Positions 19,155 to 29,340 of a stretch of 33,886 bases of DNA are shown one piece after another; position 1 is the first letter of the stretch; the number at the start of each line of letters is the position of its first letter. The translations under genes were made by a program, and so were the position numbers. Under the pieces are notes generated by a model. The model saw only the letters and a list, made by a program, of their open reading frames with translations. It was not told the DNA's origin and did no database searches. Source of the DNA: a virus (taxonomy: Duplodnaviria; Caudoviricetes). The stretch is from positions 1 through 33,886 of IMG/VR virus record IMGVR_UViG_3300002180_000039; one strand, written 5' to 3'.

Positions 19155-19388
19155 TTACCCCTTCGGTTTACTATGTTCTTTAAGTTCATTACGTAACCCG
19201 TCGTAAAAAAAACGGATCTCATGTGCTTTTAATGTCCGAGCGTCCGGTAAACCCGGAAAATCGCGGCATATTTGGAGTAACATTTCCTTATATACCGCAT
19301 GGTAAACGTGTCCGCCTTTTGGGATACTTTCATCAGCCCCGTTACGAACTAAAAGCGTCCGAACTAGTCCATTAAAAGCAAAAACAAT
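19155..19388 (-). CDS. Tail assembly chaperone extension (gpT-like) in the -1 frame
   Basis: The -1 frame is open from the end of the chaperone gene to TAA 19155: FNGLVRTLLVRNG...MLLQICRDFPGLPDARTLKAHEIRFFYDGLRNELKEHSKPKG. Confidence 0.75.
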   Translation of the reverse strand: MVFAFNGLVRTLLVRNGADESIPKGGHVYHAVYKEMLLQICRDFPGLPDARTLKAHEIRFFYDGLRNELKEHSKPKG

Positions 19389-19789
19389 GCCATACAGATT
19401 TTAATATCTGGACCAACTAAACTGGCAAATATATTCGGGTGTACTTTGCACATGTCACCCATCATGGCATATGTAGCAGCCACATTTTGATTTTTCTTTT
19501 TACCGTCCGTAGCCATGCCCGACGCGCCCGAATATTCGTGGAATGTAATTGCGTCTTTATGTTTAGATCGGGAATGTTGGGGACAATAAACCGCTTCACC
19601 GTTGTCATTAATAACTAATGAACCGGCCTGTAATGCTCGTAAAATTCGACGTTTTTGTTTTTCAAATCCGCTGACATCTTCTTCATTCATAACAGAAGTA
19701 TCAACATCGAGATCCATCATTTCAGCAAATCGATCGAATTCCGCTTCCGCGACTTCAAGTGCGACGATTGGTTCTTTTTTATCACTCAT
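19364..19789 (-). CDS. Tail assembly chaperone (gpG-like)
   Basis: Lies between tail tube and tape measure genes; T-runs just before the stop. Confidence 0.75.
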   Translation of the reverse strand: MSDKKEPIVALEVAEAEFDRFAEMMDLDVDTSVMNEEDVSGFEKQKRRILRALQAGSLVINDNGEAVYCPQHSRSKHKDAITFHEYSGASGMATDGKKKNQNVAATYAMMGDMCKVHPNIFASLVGPDIKICMALFLLLMD

Positions 19790-19878
19790 AATATATGCCC
19801 TATTTTAAAAATGGTGTCACGCCCCGTGAAGGCAAGGGCATAGGGCTGCCGCGTGACTTTGTGCCCTATTTATCAAAA

Positions 19879-20262
19879 TTATTGCTTTGTTAATCTACCC
19901 GGTCCACCCAATGATACGGCGGCGGTCGCGTTTTGACTACTTGATTGTAATTCGCCTACGATTTGCGCTGTACCTTGATAAGTTAAACCCGACGCATATG
20001 TGATCGCGATTGGGAAAAATCCTTTACCGTCTGATAAATCCTGCAAGAACTCATGATCTCCGCGATCATCATCAGACTCAATAGTTAAACCATCAATTGA
20101 TAATGGTACTCGCGTTTTAATTAATCGCGCACCACCATCACCGTTTGCTTGAACTTCGTTTTCCCATCCACCTAGTTTACGCTGTGATTCAGCATCAGCC
20201 GCAACGGGAAATTCCCGTCCGTCTAATATGATTGATTCAATTGATCCGCCTACTGCAGCCAT
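19879..20262 (-). CDS. Tail tube protein
   Basis: 127 aa, directly after the sheath gene, GGAG RBS. Confidence 0.75.
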   Translation of the reverse strand: MAAVGGSIESIILDGREFPVAADAESQRKLGGWENEVQANGDGGARLIKTRVPLSIDGLTIESDDDRGDHEFLQDLSDGKGFFPIAITYASGLTYQGTAQIVGELQSSSQNATAAVSLGGPGRLTKQ

Positions 20263-20288
20263 GATTATATACTCCTATAAATTAAAAG

Positions 20289-21782
20289 TTACGCCACGAC
20301 CGTAGGTGTGCCGAAGAAGAAACCGAATTCCAAATCAATCGATTTGATATTAGTATTACCGCTCAATTGAACAGTGGTAACTAAATTCAATCGTTTAGGA
20401 TTACCCGCGTCGATTTCTGCGATAGTGTTTAGTTTAGCCGTTTCCGGATCACTGATAATCGCATTTAAACCGAGACTATCAAGCATCGCAGCAACCGCGG
20501 CGACAGCCGTTTTCGGTTTCTTAGCGGCACGATTTACAGTTGGTTGATCGTCTGGAATTAATGGAGCGCCATCCCATTCGTCAGTTGCAAAAATCAAATC
20601 TAAATTAAATATAATATTTTGCAATTTAACAATATCAACAACAAAACGATAAGCCGGAGTAGGATCACCCGTTGGATGGTAGAAAGTAACCACATCGGAT
20701 ATATTTATCACGCCGTCTTTAACTTCAATTGTCGAACTACCTTTTTTAACCGCTACATCACGATCAGCGTATGTCCATTGTTCGCCATCAGTACCGGGAA
20801 CAAGGCCGTCAGCGTCTTGACTACCGTAATCATGTGGAGGGTTATTATTTGCTAATTTAGCGATACGCGCTAATTGACGAGCCGCAGTAACGAAAGGTAA
20901 ATCGTTCGAACCCGGTGCGACGAGTTGTGCATTTGTTTTGTCTGTTTTACGAGCATCAGAAACCGCAGTCGCAGCCGTCACCGTTGTAGCAGTATTACCA
21001 GTGAATACGACAAGTGGTTTACGTACTAACGCACCCCATCGACCGTCGCCAAATGTTGAATACTTACCGAGAGTCGTCGTATCAGCAACATCTAAACAAT
21101 TTAAGACCATTGATTCCCAAATATTACCCACTTGAGCGAGTGCCGGATCGACATCAGGATTAACTAAACCGCCTACAGGTTGTGTAATTGCAAAAGAATT
21201 ACCGACAGTCGTTAGACCAATAACCTCGACGACGATATCGTTTGCGCTTGTACCTTCCCATTTCGATGTAAAATTAAGGACGGTGGTACCATCAACAGCG
21301 ATAATCGGCATTTCTAAAACTGCATTAATAGCGGTTTCCATTTTAGCCGTAACGAGTGCGACTGTATCAGTCGTTTCGATAACAAATTCTTCAGAATCAA
21401 TATTATTAACTCGAATGATATACGATGCGGCTTCAGTAGGTGCGACAGTGGGTGTAATATCACCCGCCGAAGCGACACCGGAAGCGTCATCGTCAAGCGG
21501 ATAAATAGTCACGGGGATTGTACCTACTCCGTCACCGTTCACGGGGAATAATTGACGTGCGGCATTATGAATCGGAGAACCGAAACCATAAATACTCGCC
21601 GCTTCCGGTGCACTAGTTACTTGTCGTTTCGTTGTCGCATATACTGACAAGCTATTACCTTGACCTACGACCGCGATTCGTTGTGGTAAAAATAAAATTC
21701 CACCGCGTAAATTTTTAAAAATTGTCTGAATGCCGAGGACCCGCGCTACCGCTGAAGCATCGACCGCTGTTGAAATGCCCAT
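20289..21782 (-). CDS. Contractile tail sheath protein (Mu gpL-like)
   Basis: A...YGFGSP, TSKW.G..AN, GG..NPD, G.ST, ID..NP.RLN. Confidence 0.9.
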   Translation of the reverse strand: MGISTAVDASAVARVLGIQTIFKNLRGGILFLPQRIAVVGQGNSLSVYATTKRQVTSAPEAASIYGFGSPIHNAARQLFPVNGDGVGTIPVTIYPLDDDASGVASAGDITPTVAPTEAASYIIRVNNIDSEEFVIETTDTVALVTAKMETAINAVLEMPIIAVDGTTVLNFTSKWEGTSANDIVVEVIGLTTVGNSFAITQPVGGLVNPDVDPALAQVGNIWESMVLNCLDVADTTTLGKYSTFGDGRWGALVRKPLVVFTGNTATTVTAATAVSDARKTDKTNAQLVAPGSNDLPFVTAARQLARIAKLANNNPPHDYGSQDADGLVPGTDGEQWTYADRDVAVKKGSSTIEVKDGVINISDVVTFYHPTGDPTPAYRFVVDIVKLQNIIFNLDLIFATDEWDGAPLIPDDQPTVNRAAKKPKTAVAAVAAMLDSLGLNAIISDPETAKLNTIAEIDAGNPKRLNLVTTVQLSGNTNIKSIDLEFGFFFGTPTVVA

Positions 21783-21793
21783 GTTATAATCTC

Positions 21794-22468
21794 CTATGGT
21801 GCCGTGTAATCGTAATCAGCTTCGAGGACAATTTCGCCATCTTCAGCCCGTTTAACATCTACCGACAAGTATTCTAGCGTTTCCGCTACCACTTGTGGTG
21901 AGAATTCATTAAATAATACCCTAAAAGCAATCCTCGCGCCTACTATTTGTTGAACTTGACGTCCATCTATTTGAGGTTGGAAAACTGTTATCGATTGCGG
22001 CCATCGTTGCCACACTAAACCGCGTAATCCTAAATATGTATATTCGGCGGACATTAAAATATTACGTACGAGCCGTAATGCTTTTTGTACTTCGTAAGCC
22101 GCCTCACGATCTCCCGGTTTATGACCGGTACCGCCGTCGTCTTCGCTTACTCCATAACCGTAACAATCGATATTAAAAATACCGTCCGTTTTTTGTCGTT
22201 CGGATATATTACTTCCTGATTGATCAAAATTCGAATTATCATACCAGACATTAACGATAGGACTCGGATCGCTTGCTGAATCATTGAGATATTGTTCCCA
22301 TGGATTCGAACGTTCCGCGAATATTCTTAATTTCCACTCGTCCGGATCTTTTGCCGCTGCGGTTGCTAATGATTGTTGACTCGCAATTTCAGTCACTAAA
22401 ATAGTCACGATTTGATCGCGAATAACTTCGAAATTATCTTGTTTATCGATTAATGCCGTTATAGTCAT
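21794..22468 (-). CDS. Putative tail completion/neck protein
   Basis: Position upstream of sheath; size; no firm motif. Confidence 0.6.
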   Translation of the reverse strand: MTITALIDKQDNFEVIRDQIVTILVTEIASQQSLATAAAKDPDEWKLRIFAERSNPWEQYLNDSASDPSPIVNVWYDNSNFDQSGSNISERQKTDGIFNIDCYGYGVSEDDGGTGHKPGDREAAYEVQKALRLVRNILMSAEYTYLGLRGLVWQRWPQSITVFQPQIDGRQVQQIVGARIAFRVLFNEFSPQVVAETLEYLSVDVKRAEDGEIVLEADYDYTAP

Positions 22469-22845
22469 TTATAAAATTCCAATAAACAGACAACCAAACC
22501 CAATGCACGATCCGGGTTCGATTGTGAAACCTTAAATTTATAAGCATTACCATTAATATCGTCAAATTCGATTATCCATGGTTTTTTAGATGTGTCCGCG
22601 ATGCCTTGTGGCAACGTAAGTCCCGCCGCAGTCAATGACGAAATACGTATCGCCGCTGAAGCTAATCGACCGCTTACGGCTTGTCCGGTATCAGGATCAA
22701 TAATCTGACTGATATCGTTCGAATAACCCGTAAAAGGTTTAACCGTACCCGCAGGGTCAGTCACTGTGATTGGATAACCAAAACCATAGGCGCTATCTTC
22801 TAAAATAGCGCCTAGATCCGATTCTGCTATTTCTCGTAAACCCAT
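22465..22845 (-). CDS. Putative head-tail adaptor/closure protein
   Basis: Position between capsid and tail genes; 126 aa. Confidence 0.55.
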   Translation of the reverse strand: MGLREIAESDLGAILEDSAYGFGYPITVTDPAGTVKPFTGYSNDISQIIDPDTGQAVSGRLASAAIRISSLTAAGLTLPQGIADTSKKPWIIEFDDINGNAYKFKVSQSNPDRALGLVVCLLEFYK

Positions 22846-22847
22846 GA

Positions 22848-23303
22848 TTATTTTTTAAGTATGAAACCGCGATCTACATTATTATCGAGAGTTTCTTGAC
22901 CGCCCGATAAATATTCGGCTTTAACTTCGTCGCCTTCAGCTAATATACCTTTTTTAGATGTAATTGATTTACCTTCAGCAACACGATACGGAGGAATTGT
23001 ATCTTGTTTGGCTTTAGCTTCTTTTTTCGCTTTTTGTGCCTTCAATTTATCATCTTTGATTTTTTGTGCTTTTTCTTCGATTTCTTCCGATGAATCATCA
23101 GTCGATTCATCGGCACCCGGAACCAATGCTTCGGATTCTTCAGTCGATTCATTCGATTCGGTTGGTTTAGCTTCTAAAGCGCGTAATTCTTTTAACGCTT
23201 TATTCAATTGATCATTATTTAAACCGACAGTATTCGGTATTTCGACACCTTTTTCGACGGCGACCTTATTAATTGATTCGATTAAATTTTTATTACTTGG
23301 CAT
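22848..23303 (-). CDS. Hypothetical protein with acidic/Lys-rich linker after the capsid gene
   Basis: GGGAG RBS; two small domains joined by a low-complexity linker. Confidence 0.7.
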   Translation of the reverse strand: MPSNKNLIESINKVAVEKGVEIPNTVGLNNDQLNKALKELRALEAKPTESNESTEESEALVPGADESTDDSSEEIEEKAQKIKDDKLKAQKAKKEAKAKQDTIPPYRVAEGKSITSKKGILAEGDEVKAEYLSGGQETLDNNVDRGFILKK

Positions 23304-23324
23304 GATTATTAACTCCCTAGTTAG

Positions 23325-23358
23325 AAGAAAGCCGAAGGCAAATTCCCCCGACTTTCTT
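23325..23358 (-). terminator. Stem-loop after the major capsid gene (terminator/attenuator)
   Basis: AAGAAAGUCGGGGG-AAUUUG-CCUUCGGCUUUCUU; 14 bp with three G-U pairs that form only on the minus-strand RNA. Confidence 0.65.
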
Positions 23359-23363
23359 AGTTA

Positions 23364-24443
23364 TTAAATACCAGTATTGATACAACCATACGTATCGATT
23401 GCAGTTGGTATCATAATTGGACGTGTACCCGCTTCGACCATCATCGTTTCACCATTCGGGGTGATATAACCGTTCATTTGAATATCGAACGCTTTACCCG
23501 GAATACTAATACGAGACAATAAAGATGGTGGTACGCGTGAATCACTAGTGATTCGTGGAATACCGCCGAATGCAGCGTCTAAACGACCCGAAGAGGCACG
23601 AACTACGACTTTATCATCAGGGATGAATTTAGTTGATACGCCTGTTTGTGGATGCTTATAACGACCGCCATATGTCCAGATATCATAACTATAGTTACCG
23701 ATTTCGATAACACCGCGGAAAATACCGCCGTTACCCATCAGTTCTAAAGGTACGATACCGTTACCATTGATACGACGATTATCCATACGAGCTAATACGT
23801 CGGAATCTTGAATAAATAGTTCGTATGAACCTTCACCCATGATTAACATATCAGGATTCGACAAACCATCACCGCGGATAACATTCGCTAACGCTTCAAT
23901 ATCAGACAACATTACAGCGGTAGTCTGATCCCATGCGACAGCGGCGTTCGGGAAATGAGTTGTTTTCGGTTTATAATCAATTGTATAAACTGCGACACCA
24001 CTTTCGTCGATCAAAGTAACTGTACCAGTAGTCAACACCTGAGACGATTGATATTCAACGGCTCGAGCGATCTTACGCTGCAGTTTTTGACCTAAACGGA
24101 CACCACGTTTCAATGCGTTAGCCATAAAGTCTACAGATTTAAACGGATCGTCACCCGGCATACGTTTAATTAATGTATGCGCGTTGATTGGTCCTGCTTC
24201 TTTATGGATTGGTGGTTTAAAGCCTTTATTCGTATATAAGTCTTCACTATTTAAGCGAGCACCCGTGCTCAAATCTTGAATAGCGATAGAGATATCTTCT
24301 TCAGTACGAACGATATCGATTTCGACTTCTTCCGAATTATGAAAATTACGGCGTGGAGATTGAAACATACCCGATAAAAACATCGTCGGTTCTGCGTCTT
24401 GCTCATAGGCCGCGAGCATTACTTTAGTAGTTGTACCAGTCAT
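23364..24443 (-). CDS. Major capsid protein (lambda gpE family)
   Basis: FL..MF, SEEVEID, FKPP..K, R.VE....QVL.TG, IDY, FIP..KV, RP..IP; 359 aa. Confidence 0.9.
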   Translation of the reverse strand: MTGTTTKVMLAAYEQDAEPTMFLSGMFQSPRRNFHNSEEVEIDIVRTEEDISIAIQDLSTGARLNSEDLYTNKGFKPPIHKEAGPINAHTLIKRMPGDDPFKSVDFMANALKRGVRLGQKLQRKIARAVEYQSSQVLTTGTVTLIDESGVAVYTIDYKPKTTHFPNAAVAWDQTTAVMLSDIEALANVIRGDGLSNPDMLIMGEGSYELFIQDSDVLARMDNRRINGNGIVPLELMGNGGIFRGVIEIGNYSYDIWTYGGRYKHPQTGVSTKFIPDDKVVVRASSGRLDAAFGGIPRITSDSRVPPSLLSRISIPGKAFDIQMNGYITPNGETMMVEAGTRPIMIPTAIDTYGCINTGI

Positions 24444-24457
24444 GATAATACTACTCC

Positions 24458-25153
24458 TTATTGATTATCTAAAATATTGAGTTCGTCAACGCTTTCAGCG
24501 ACGATCCCAAAATCACGCAACGCATCGACGATACCATCTGTAACAGTACCACCCGCGTCAATTACTAGCTTCTCGCGACGAACGCGACCGCTAACCATTG
24601 CTCGTTGTGCTTGATCTTCCGCACCCGTTGCCGACACATCATACGTCAACACCATGGAAGGAACTTGAGCACCACCGGCACCATCTACAGCAAAAATAAC
24701 GACATCACCATCAGCGGCGACCGTTAATGTAGCAGTATCACCGACCACGAAATCAGCCGCACCGTCTGTAATAGTGAATTGTAAACCCGCAGCCTCGAAG
24801 ACTGTAGCAGCACCAGCACCGACAGTAAGTGTCAAACCACTGGCAACTATTGCACCATTAGGATCGACAAGTTCAAACGTACCACCATTAGTTAGAGCGA
24901 CCGTACAATTAAGTACATAAGCGCCCACAATCGGTACAACTTGACCACCTACAACCGTCGCAAGTGTAACCGTACCATCACCGGTACCAGTAAACGCGGA
25001 CGCTGTAACAGCATCGGCAACGGCTTTACGTGCCAGAATAGTACCTTCGACATAATCGTCAGCACCGGGAAAAGCTAAAGTAACATCGTTAAAAAGCGCA
25101 TCAGCGATAATAACGGTACCCAGATCATTATTTGTAGTTGTTAAATTAGGCAT
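24458..25153 (-). CDS. Head decoration protein (lambda gpD-like) with inserted beta-rich domain
   Basis: GTIL...DG...P..VL...LRD.GI ends surrounding a TGTGDG...FTITDG..DFVVGD insert; directly upstream of the capsid gene. Confidence 0.75.
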   Translation of the reverse strand: MPNLTTTNNDLGTVIIADALFNDVTLAFPGADDYVEGTILARKAVADAVTASAFTGTGDGTVTLATVVGGQVVPIVGAYVLNCTVALTNGGTFELVDPNGAIVASGLTLTVGAGAATVFEAAGLQFTITDGAADFVVGDTATLTVAADGDVVIFAVDGAGGAQVPSMVLTYDVSATGAEDQAQRAMVSGRVRREKLVIDAGGTVTDGIVDALRDFGIVAESVDELNILDNQ

Positions 25154-25499
25154 GATTATCTACTCCCAATTCGTCAGCTAATGCCGTCGCGAGAACTTTA
25201 TCTTCAGATTCTTCGTCGTCGGACGCATCAGTATCTAAATCGTTTTCGCTTTCGCTTGCACGACTTTGGATTGACTGGTTATTCATACCAGCCGCGAAGT
25301 ATTTAGCATTAACGGAAGCCGTCAATTCTGTACCTTCACTAATACACGACATAGCGAGATCCATATCTCCCGATGATTTACCCATCGTTAAATGTGCGTC
25401 TACGCGTTCGCGCTCCTGTGTAACACCTTTTTCCACGCCTTGCGCTTCAATCTGCGCGACTAGGGCGGGGTGTTCTGCTTTCAGTTGATTTAGGTCCAT
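25146..25499 (-). CDS. Nested in-frame scaffold protein (Nu3-like)
   Basis: AGGGGG RBS before the internal ATG; MDLNQLKAEHP...G...ERER. Confidence 0.6.
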   Translation of the reverse strand: MDLNQLKAEHPALVAQIEAQGVEKGVTQERERVDAHLTMGKSSGDMDLAMSCISEGTELTASVNAKYFAAGMNNQSIQSRASESENDLDTDASDDEESEDKVLATALADELGVDNHA

Positions 25500-26429
25500 T
25501 ACGGCCCCCTGTTGTTGTCCACCGCCCTCGGCGGCACTGGTTTCGGAAATATCGCTATTTCCATTAATGGTATCACTATTGCTAGTAATACCGTTATTCT
25601 CTTCGTCATCATCTAATGCAGGTTCTATCGCTACATTGGTGATGACTTTATCAATCATACCGACTTTTACCGCGTCGGGCTTGTCCGAATCAGGGTCTTG
25701 AGCGATAAGCATACCACCTTGACCGAAATTATCTATAACATCTTGTTCGGTTGTGCCCCGACCTTCTGTAATTTTTTGAATAAACACCCTTTCCATGGCG
25801 TCTACTTCGTTTTGTAATACGCCCGCGCCATGTGGTGTCGATGGATCGGCTTGTTTATTGGGTGCATTTTTCGAAACGATTTTAATACGTTTTACACCAT
25901 TACGCGCCATCGCGTCGGAAAAATCTAATCCGGCCATGATGACACCGATAGATCCGGTATTAGCAAGTGGAGACATCGCGACAATTTCATTCGCTGCAGT
26001 CGCTAAATAGTAACCAGCCGAAGCAATCATCCCATGATTTTCGGCAATAACTTTCTTTTTAGTCGATAAACTTTCGATCGCTTGTCGTGCTTGATCCATA
26101 CCAGCAACCGTTCCGCCCGGTGTGTCCATTGCGAGTCGCACTGTATCCACGGTGGGATCGTCTTCGACGCTTTTAATCGCTGCGATAATATCGATATATC
26201 CTGTACCACCAAAACCGAAGAAACGCGCAATCGGGCTCGGTCCCGCTGGGGATAATGGGCCGGAAATTTTAATCGTCGCTTCATTACCAGCATCATTCCG
26301 AGAAATAATACCGTCAAGAGGCTTTTCGCCGAATGCACTCAATGCCGTGGCACGTTCTTCGGTCGTCGCATTTTCTAATTTCTCAAGATATGAAATCGCG
26401 TAATCTTTTTGTAATCCGTATAATTCCAT
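25146..26429 (-). CDS. Head maturation protease (S49/SppA, lambda gpC-like) with C-terminal scaffold
   Basis: DTPGG, ASAGYYLA, TGSIGV; start at MELYG. Confidence 0.9.
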   Translation of the reverse strand: MELYGLQKDYAISYLEKLENATTEERATALSAFGEKPLDGIISRNDAGNEATIKISGPLSPAGPSPIARFFGFGGTGYIDIIAAIKSVEDDPTVDTVRLAMDTPGGTVAGMDQARQAIESLSTKKKVIAENHGMIASAGYYLATAANEIVAMSPLANTGSIGVIMAGLDFSDAMARNGVKRIKIVSKNAPNKQADPSTPHGAGVLQNEVDAMERVFIQKITEGRGTTEQDVIDNFGQGGMLIAQDPDSDKPDAVKVGMIDKVITNVAIEPALDDDEENNGITSNSDTINGNSDISETSAAEGGGQQQGAVMDLNQLKAEHPALVAQIEAQGVEKGVTQERERVDAHLTMGKSSGDMDLAMSCISEGTELTASVNAKYFAAGMNNQSIQSRASESENDLDTDASDDEESEDKVLATALADELGVDNHA

Positions 26430-26431
26430 GG

Positions 26432-27214
26432 TTATGCGTCCTCTATCCAGCCGAACCAATCTGCAGTTATAAGAGCGGCTTTGTCTGTAGTTTTTAAAAG
26501 CATCGCGATAACGGTACCTTCTGTAAATGGTAACGGTACGGGTAAATTAAAACCTTCCGAGCTATCTTGTAAACCAATACTACCAAATGGAATAAATAAT
26601 TCTTGATCGGTATATTGATGATTATCTAATTCAGTCGCAACAATTTGAACCAATGCTCGAGCCGCAGCCGTTCCACTAATTGAGGAAGCAACTAAACCGG
26701 AGACCATCATGCGTTTTCCTTTTGGAACCATACGGGCACTTGATGAACAACGCACGTCATCTGCTTTAATTTCGCTATAAATTTGAGCGCCGACATAGGC
26801 TTTAATATCACCAACCGCACCTTGTCCGGGTGTTCCGGTTGTTTGTATGTGCATGCAATTTATAAAACGTACGCCGGTTATGGCTCCAACTATCGGTGTT
26901 AATCCGTTTAATGGAATAATAGCGGATTGTTCATCAAGATTAATATCGAGATAATGAACCTCAACACTGTTGACACCTATATCGCCGTCGGCATCGTCAG
27001 CATCGGAACTAACAATATCAATATCAATACCCGCCGCGTCTGGAATTTTAAAAACACCATTCGGCCATATAATTCGATTCGCATCAGCACCCGTCGTCGT
27101 TAATTCGCCGAACGATCCTTCGGGTTTCGCGCCTGATACTTTTCCGCGGGCAATTTGAACACCTAAATCCTGAACGGTTCGAAGTGGTCCACTATTACTA
27201 GTTATACCGCTCAT
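26432..27214 (-). CDS. Hypothetical beta-rich protein, probably virion-associated
   Basis: 260 aa, coupled to neighbours, between portal and protease. Confidence 0.7.
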   Translation of the reverse strand: MSGITSNSGPLRTVQDLGVQIARGKVSGAKPEGSFGELTTTGADANRIIWPNGVFKIPDAAGIDIDIVSSDADDADGDIGVNSVEVHYLDINLDEQSAIIPLNGLTPIVGAITGVRFINCMHIQTTGTPGQGAVGDIKAYVGAQIYSEIKADDVRCSSSARMVPKGKRMMVSGLVASSISGTAAARALVQIVATELDNHQYTDQELFIPFGSIGLQDSSEGFNLPVPLPFTEGTVIAMLLKTTDKAALITADWFGWIEDA

Positions 27215-27471
27215 GTATCGATCCTTACTTTACCGATACCACCTATAGCATAAACATAAACATCAGCTGCCGCACCAAATGATAAAGGAAGATCGCCATT
27301 GATCGGTACAGCCTCGGAAAAATCAGTCGGAACGGCACCCGTTGTCGCAATATACGTCCACATATATTTATCAGGTGAATTACTCATGATCCGAATCGCG
27401 GCCGTTGTCAAATTCGTAATAACTTTAGTCCATTGATCAGCGGGGCATGGTACGACTACAGGATTAGCCAT
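27211..27471 (-). CDS. Small hypothetical beta-rich protein
   Basis: Start at MANPVV overlaps the portal stop region. Confidence 0.65.
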   Translation of the reverse strand: MANPVVVPCPADQWTKVITNLTTAAIRIMSNSPDKYMWTYIATTGAVPTDFSEAVPINGDLPLSFGAAADVYVYAIGGIGKVRIDT

Positions 27472-29092
27472 TTTCTTCGTCTCCATTTTCCTCGACAGTC
27501 ATATCGAGATTTTCATCTTTAATTAAACCACTCGCGATCAATGGTTGCAAGGCTTCTGCTAAATTTGTGTTTTCTTTTACTAATTGTTGTACGGTTTTTG
27601 AGTATTTCGACCCAGTTAGTTCGCGTGATGCACGATCACGGGTGATCCAACCATTCACGACAAGTAATTCGTACGCTTTAACCTCTTTGAGTAAATCCAC
27701 GTTGGGTTTTATCGCGCCTGACCATTCGGCAAGCATCCACGCGCCGTATTTATCCCACTGTTCGGGGTTACGCCATGATTCGAGTAGACCCGGTGCGACA
27801 ATATTCCCGTTTAATGTCTCGGAAATTAACCAATCTTGATATATAGGGTTGTTAAATTCTTCACCGAAACTCGTACGTTTTAAATCTAGGTACATTTTCA
27901 ATTCATTAACGGCACCACGACTCGCGGAATAATTGTTCTGAAACGCGAGCGTCATTACTTCCGGTGGTATTTCGTTTGACCATGCAAACGCTTGAACGAT
28001 AGCCGCTTCAAAGGCTCCGAAATTTACGTTCGGACGTTTTGTATCGTAACTTTGAATTTTTTCCCCATGTTGCATTTCCTGATAAATTGATCCGGGCATA
28101 CTTTGAGAAAAATCAAGATCCTTTCGACCTTGAGAGTCATTTTGTGTGGTAATGGTATCTTTACGTAATGCACCACCAGTCAAAGGTAACGTACCCATTT
28201 TGTCCTCGGTTTTTTCGACCCATACAGCGATCATCGCATTAAGTACCGCAGCGCGTTGTTCTGCATCACGATAACGGTCAATCTCTTTTAATGATTGCAT
28301 GACTAATGCGAGAATAGATTGTCCGCGTACGTCATCGATTAGACGTTCGGTACCATATAGTAACCATGCTTGACGACGTCCAGTGCGAGGACCGAGAGCC
28401 GCAACGCGACGATGTATACCGTTCTTTTGTTTAACAAAAAACGCAACATGTCGCCCCGATTTATCAATTTCGACACCGTTTGAAATTTCATTCCCGCGAT
28501 TATTAACGGCACGAATTAAAGTATCACTTTGAGGATCGGAAACGTGCTCGGCATCAATAAGATCAATCGTAGGTAATCCGGCCACGCCTTGCCGTAATAA
28601 AACGAGGACGTCCCCAGATACTAAAGCCATCATTCGGGCTTGACGTTGTAACGCACCTAACGTACGCGCATTACGATGATCACAAATTTCGGGATTTTTA
28701 CCATAAATAGTGAAACGACGCTCGGTATTTTCAGACCATGCGGCCAAATCATCGCGGTCGAGTCCTAAAATATCGGCATCGGGTGTCGCTTCGAGGGATA
28801 GACCCTTATTAATTTCATTCGTGATTAAACGACGAATTAAGCCGCGAGCGTATAGGTTTTCGGTAAATAATTGTTTTGAACGTTTACGTAACAGCCAATA
28901 ATCGACAATTTCATAATCTTTAGTGACGCCGAAACCGTTGTAAAACTTGTCGCCACTCCATGAACCGGTACCACCTACGAAATTATCGAGAGCATTGACA
29001 TCGAGAATGGGAGATATATTAGATTCGGGCGCTTCATAACCAGCATTACCGGTCATAGCGAGCATTTTGTCGCGTAATTTATCATTTACCAT
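27464..29092 (-). CDS. Portal protein (lambda family)
   Basis: LR.RS..L..EN..A.G, GD, NGVEID..GR.VA, RG.S.L, NYSASR, D.LKEV.A. Confidence 0.93.
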   Translation of the reverse strand: MVNDKLRDKMLAMTGNAGYEAPESNISPILDVNALDNFVGGTGSWSGDKFYNGFGVTKDYEIVDYWLLRKRSKQLFTENLYARGLIRRLITNEINKGLSLEATPDADILGLDRDDLAAWSENTERRFTIYGKNPEICDHRNARTLGALQRQARMMALVSGDVLVLLRQGVAGLPTIDLIDAEHVSDPQSDTLIRAVNNRGNEISNGVEIDKSGRHVAFFVKQKNGIHRRVAALGPRTGRRQAWLLYGTERLIDDVRGQSILALVMQSLKEIDRYRDAEQRAAVLNAMIAVWVEKTEDKMGTLPLTGGALRKDTITTQNDSQGRKDLDFSQSMPGSIYQEMQHGEKIQSYDTKRPNVNFGAFEAAIVQAFAWSNEIPPEVMTLAFQNNYSASRGAVNELKMYLDLKRTSFGEEFNNPIYQDWLISETLNGNIVAPGLLESWRNPEQWDKYGAWMLAEWSGAIKPNVDLLKEVKAYELLVVNGWITRDRASRELTGSKYSKTVQQLVKENTNLAEALQPLIASGLIKDENLDMTVEENGDEENG

Positions 29093-29340
29093 GAAGGTGC
29101 ACCAATTATCGTACCGGAACCATTGAGTCGAGCTTCAAGCGTAGCACATCGATTATATAGACTGTCGATTGTTTTCTGAATCATAGTTAAATCGAGTTTA
29201 GTTACTGTCTGACGTGATTGTCCCGTATCAAACGTATATGACTGTACGCCACCGGTACCCAATGCGAGCGCGGCGTCCTCATATGCGACGATTTGCAGCT
29301 TCGTAGCCGTTATACGAGCTTGTATAAATGTTGAGTCCAT
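29086..29340 (-). CDS. Head-tail joining protein (gpW-like)
   Basis: Helix, QSYTFDTGQSRQTVT hairpin, helix; directly upstream of portal. Confidence 0.7.
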   Translation of the reverse strand: MDSTFIQARITATKLQIVAYEDAALALGTGGVQSYTFDTGQSRQTVTKLDLTMIQKTIDSLYNRCATLEARLNGSGTIIGAPSW

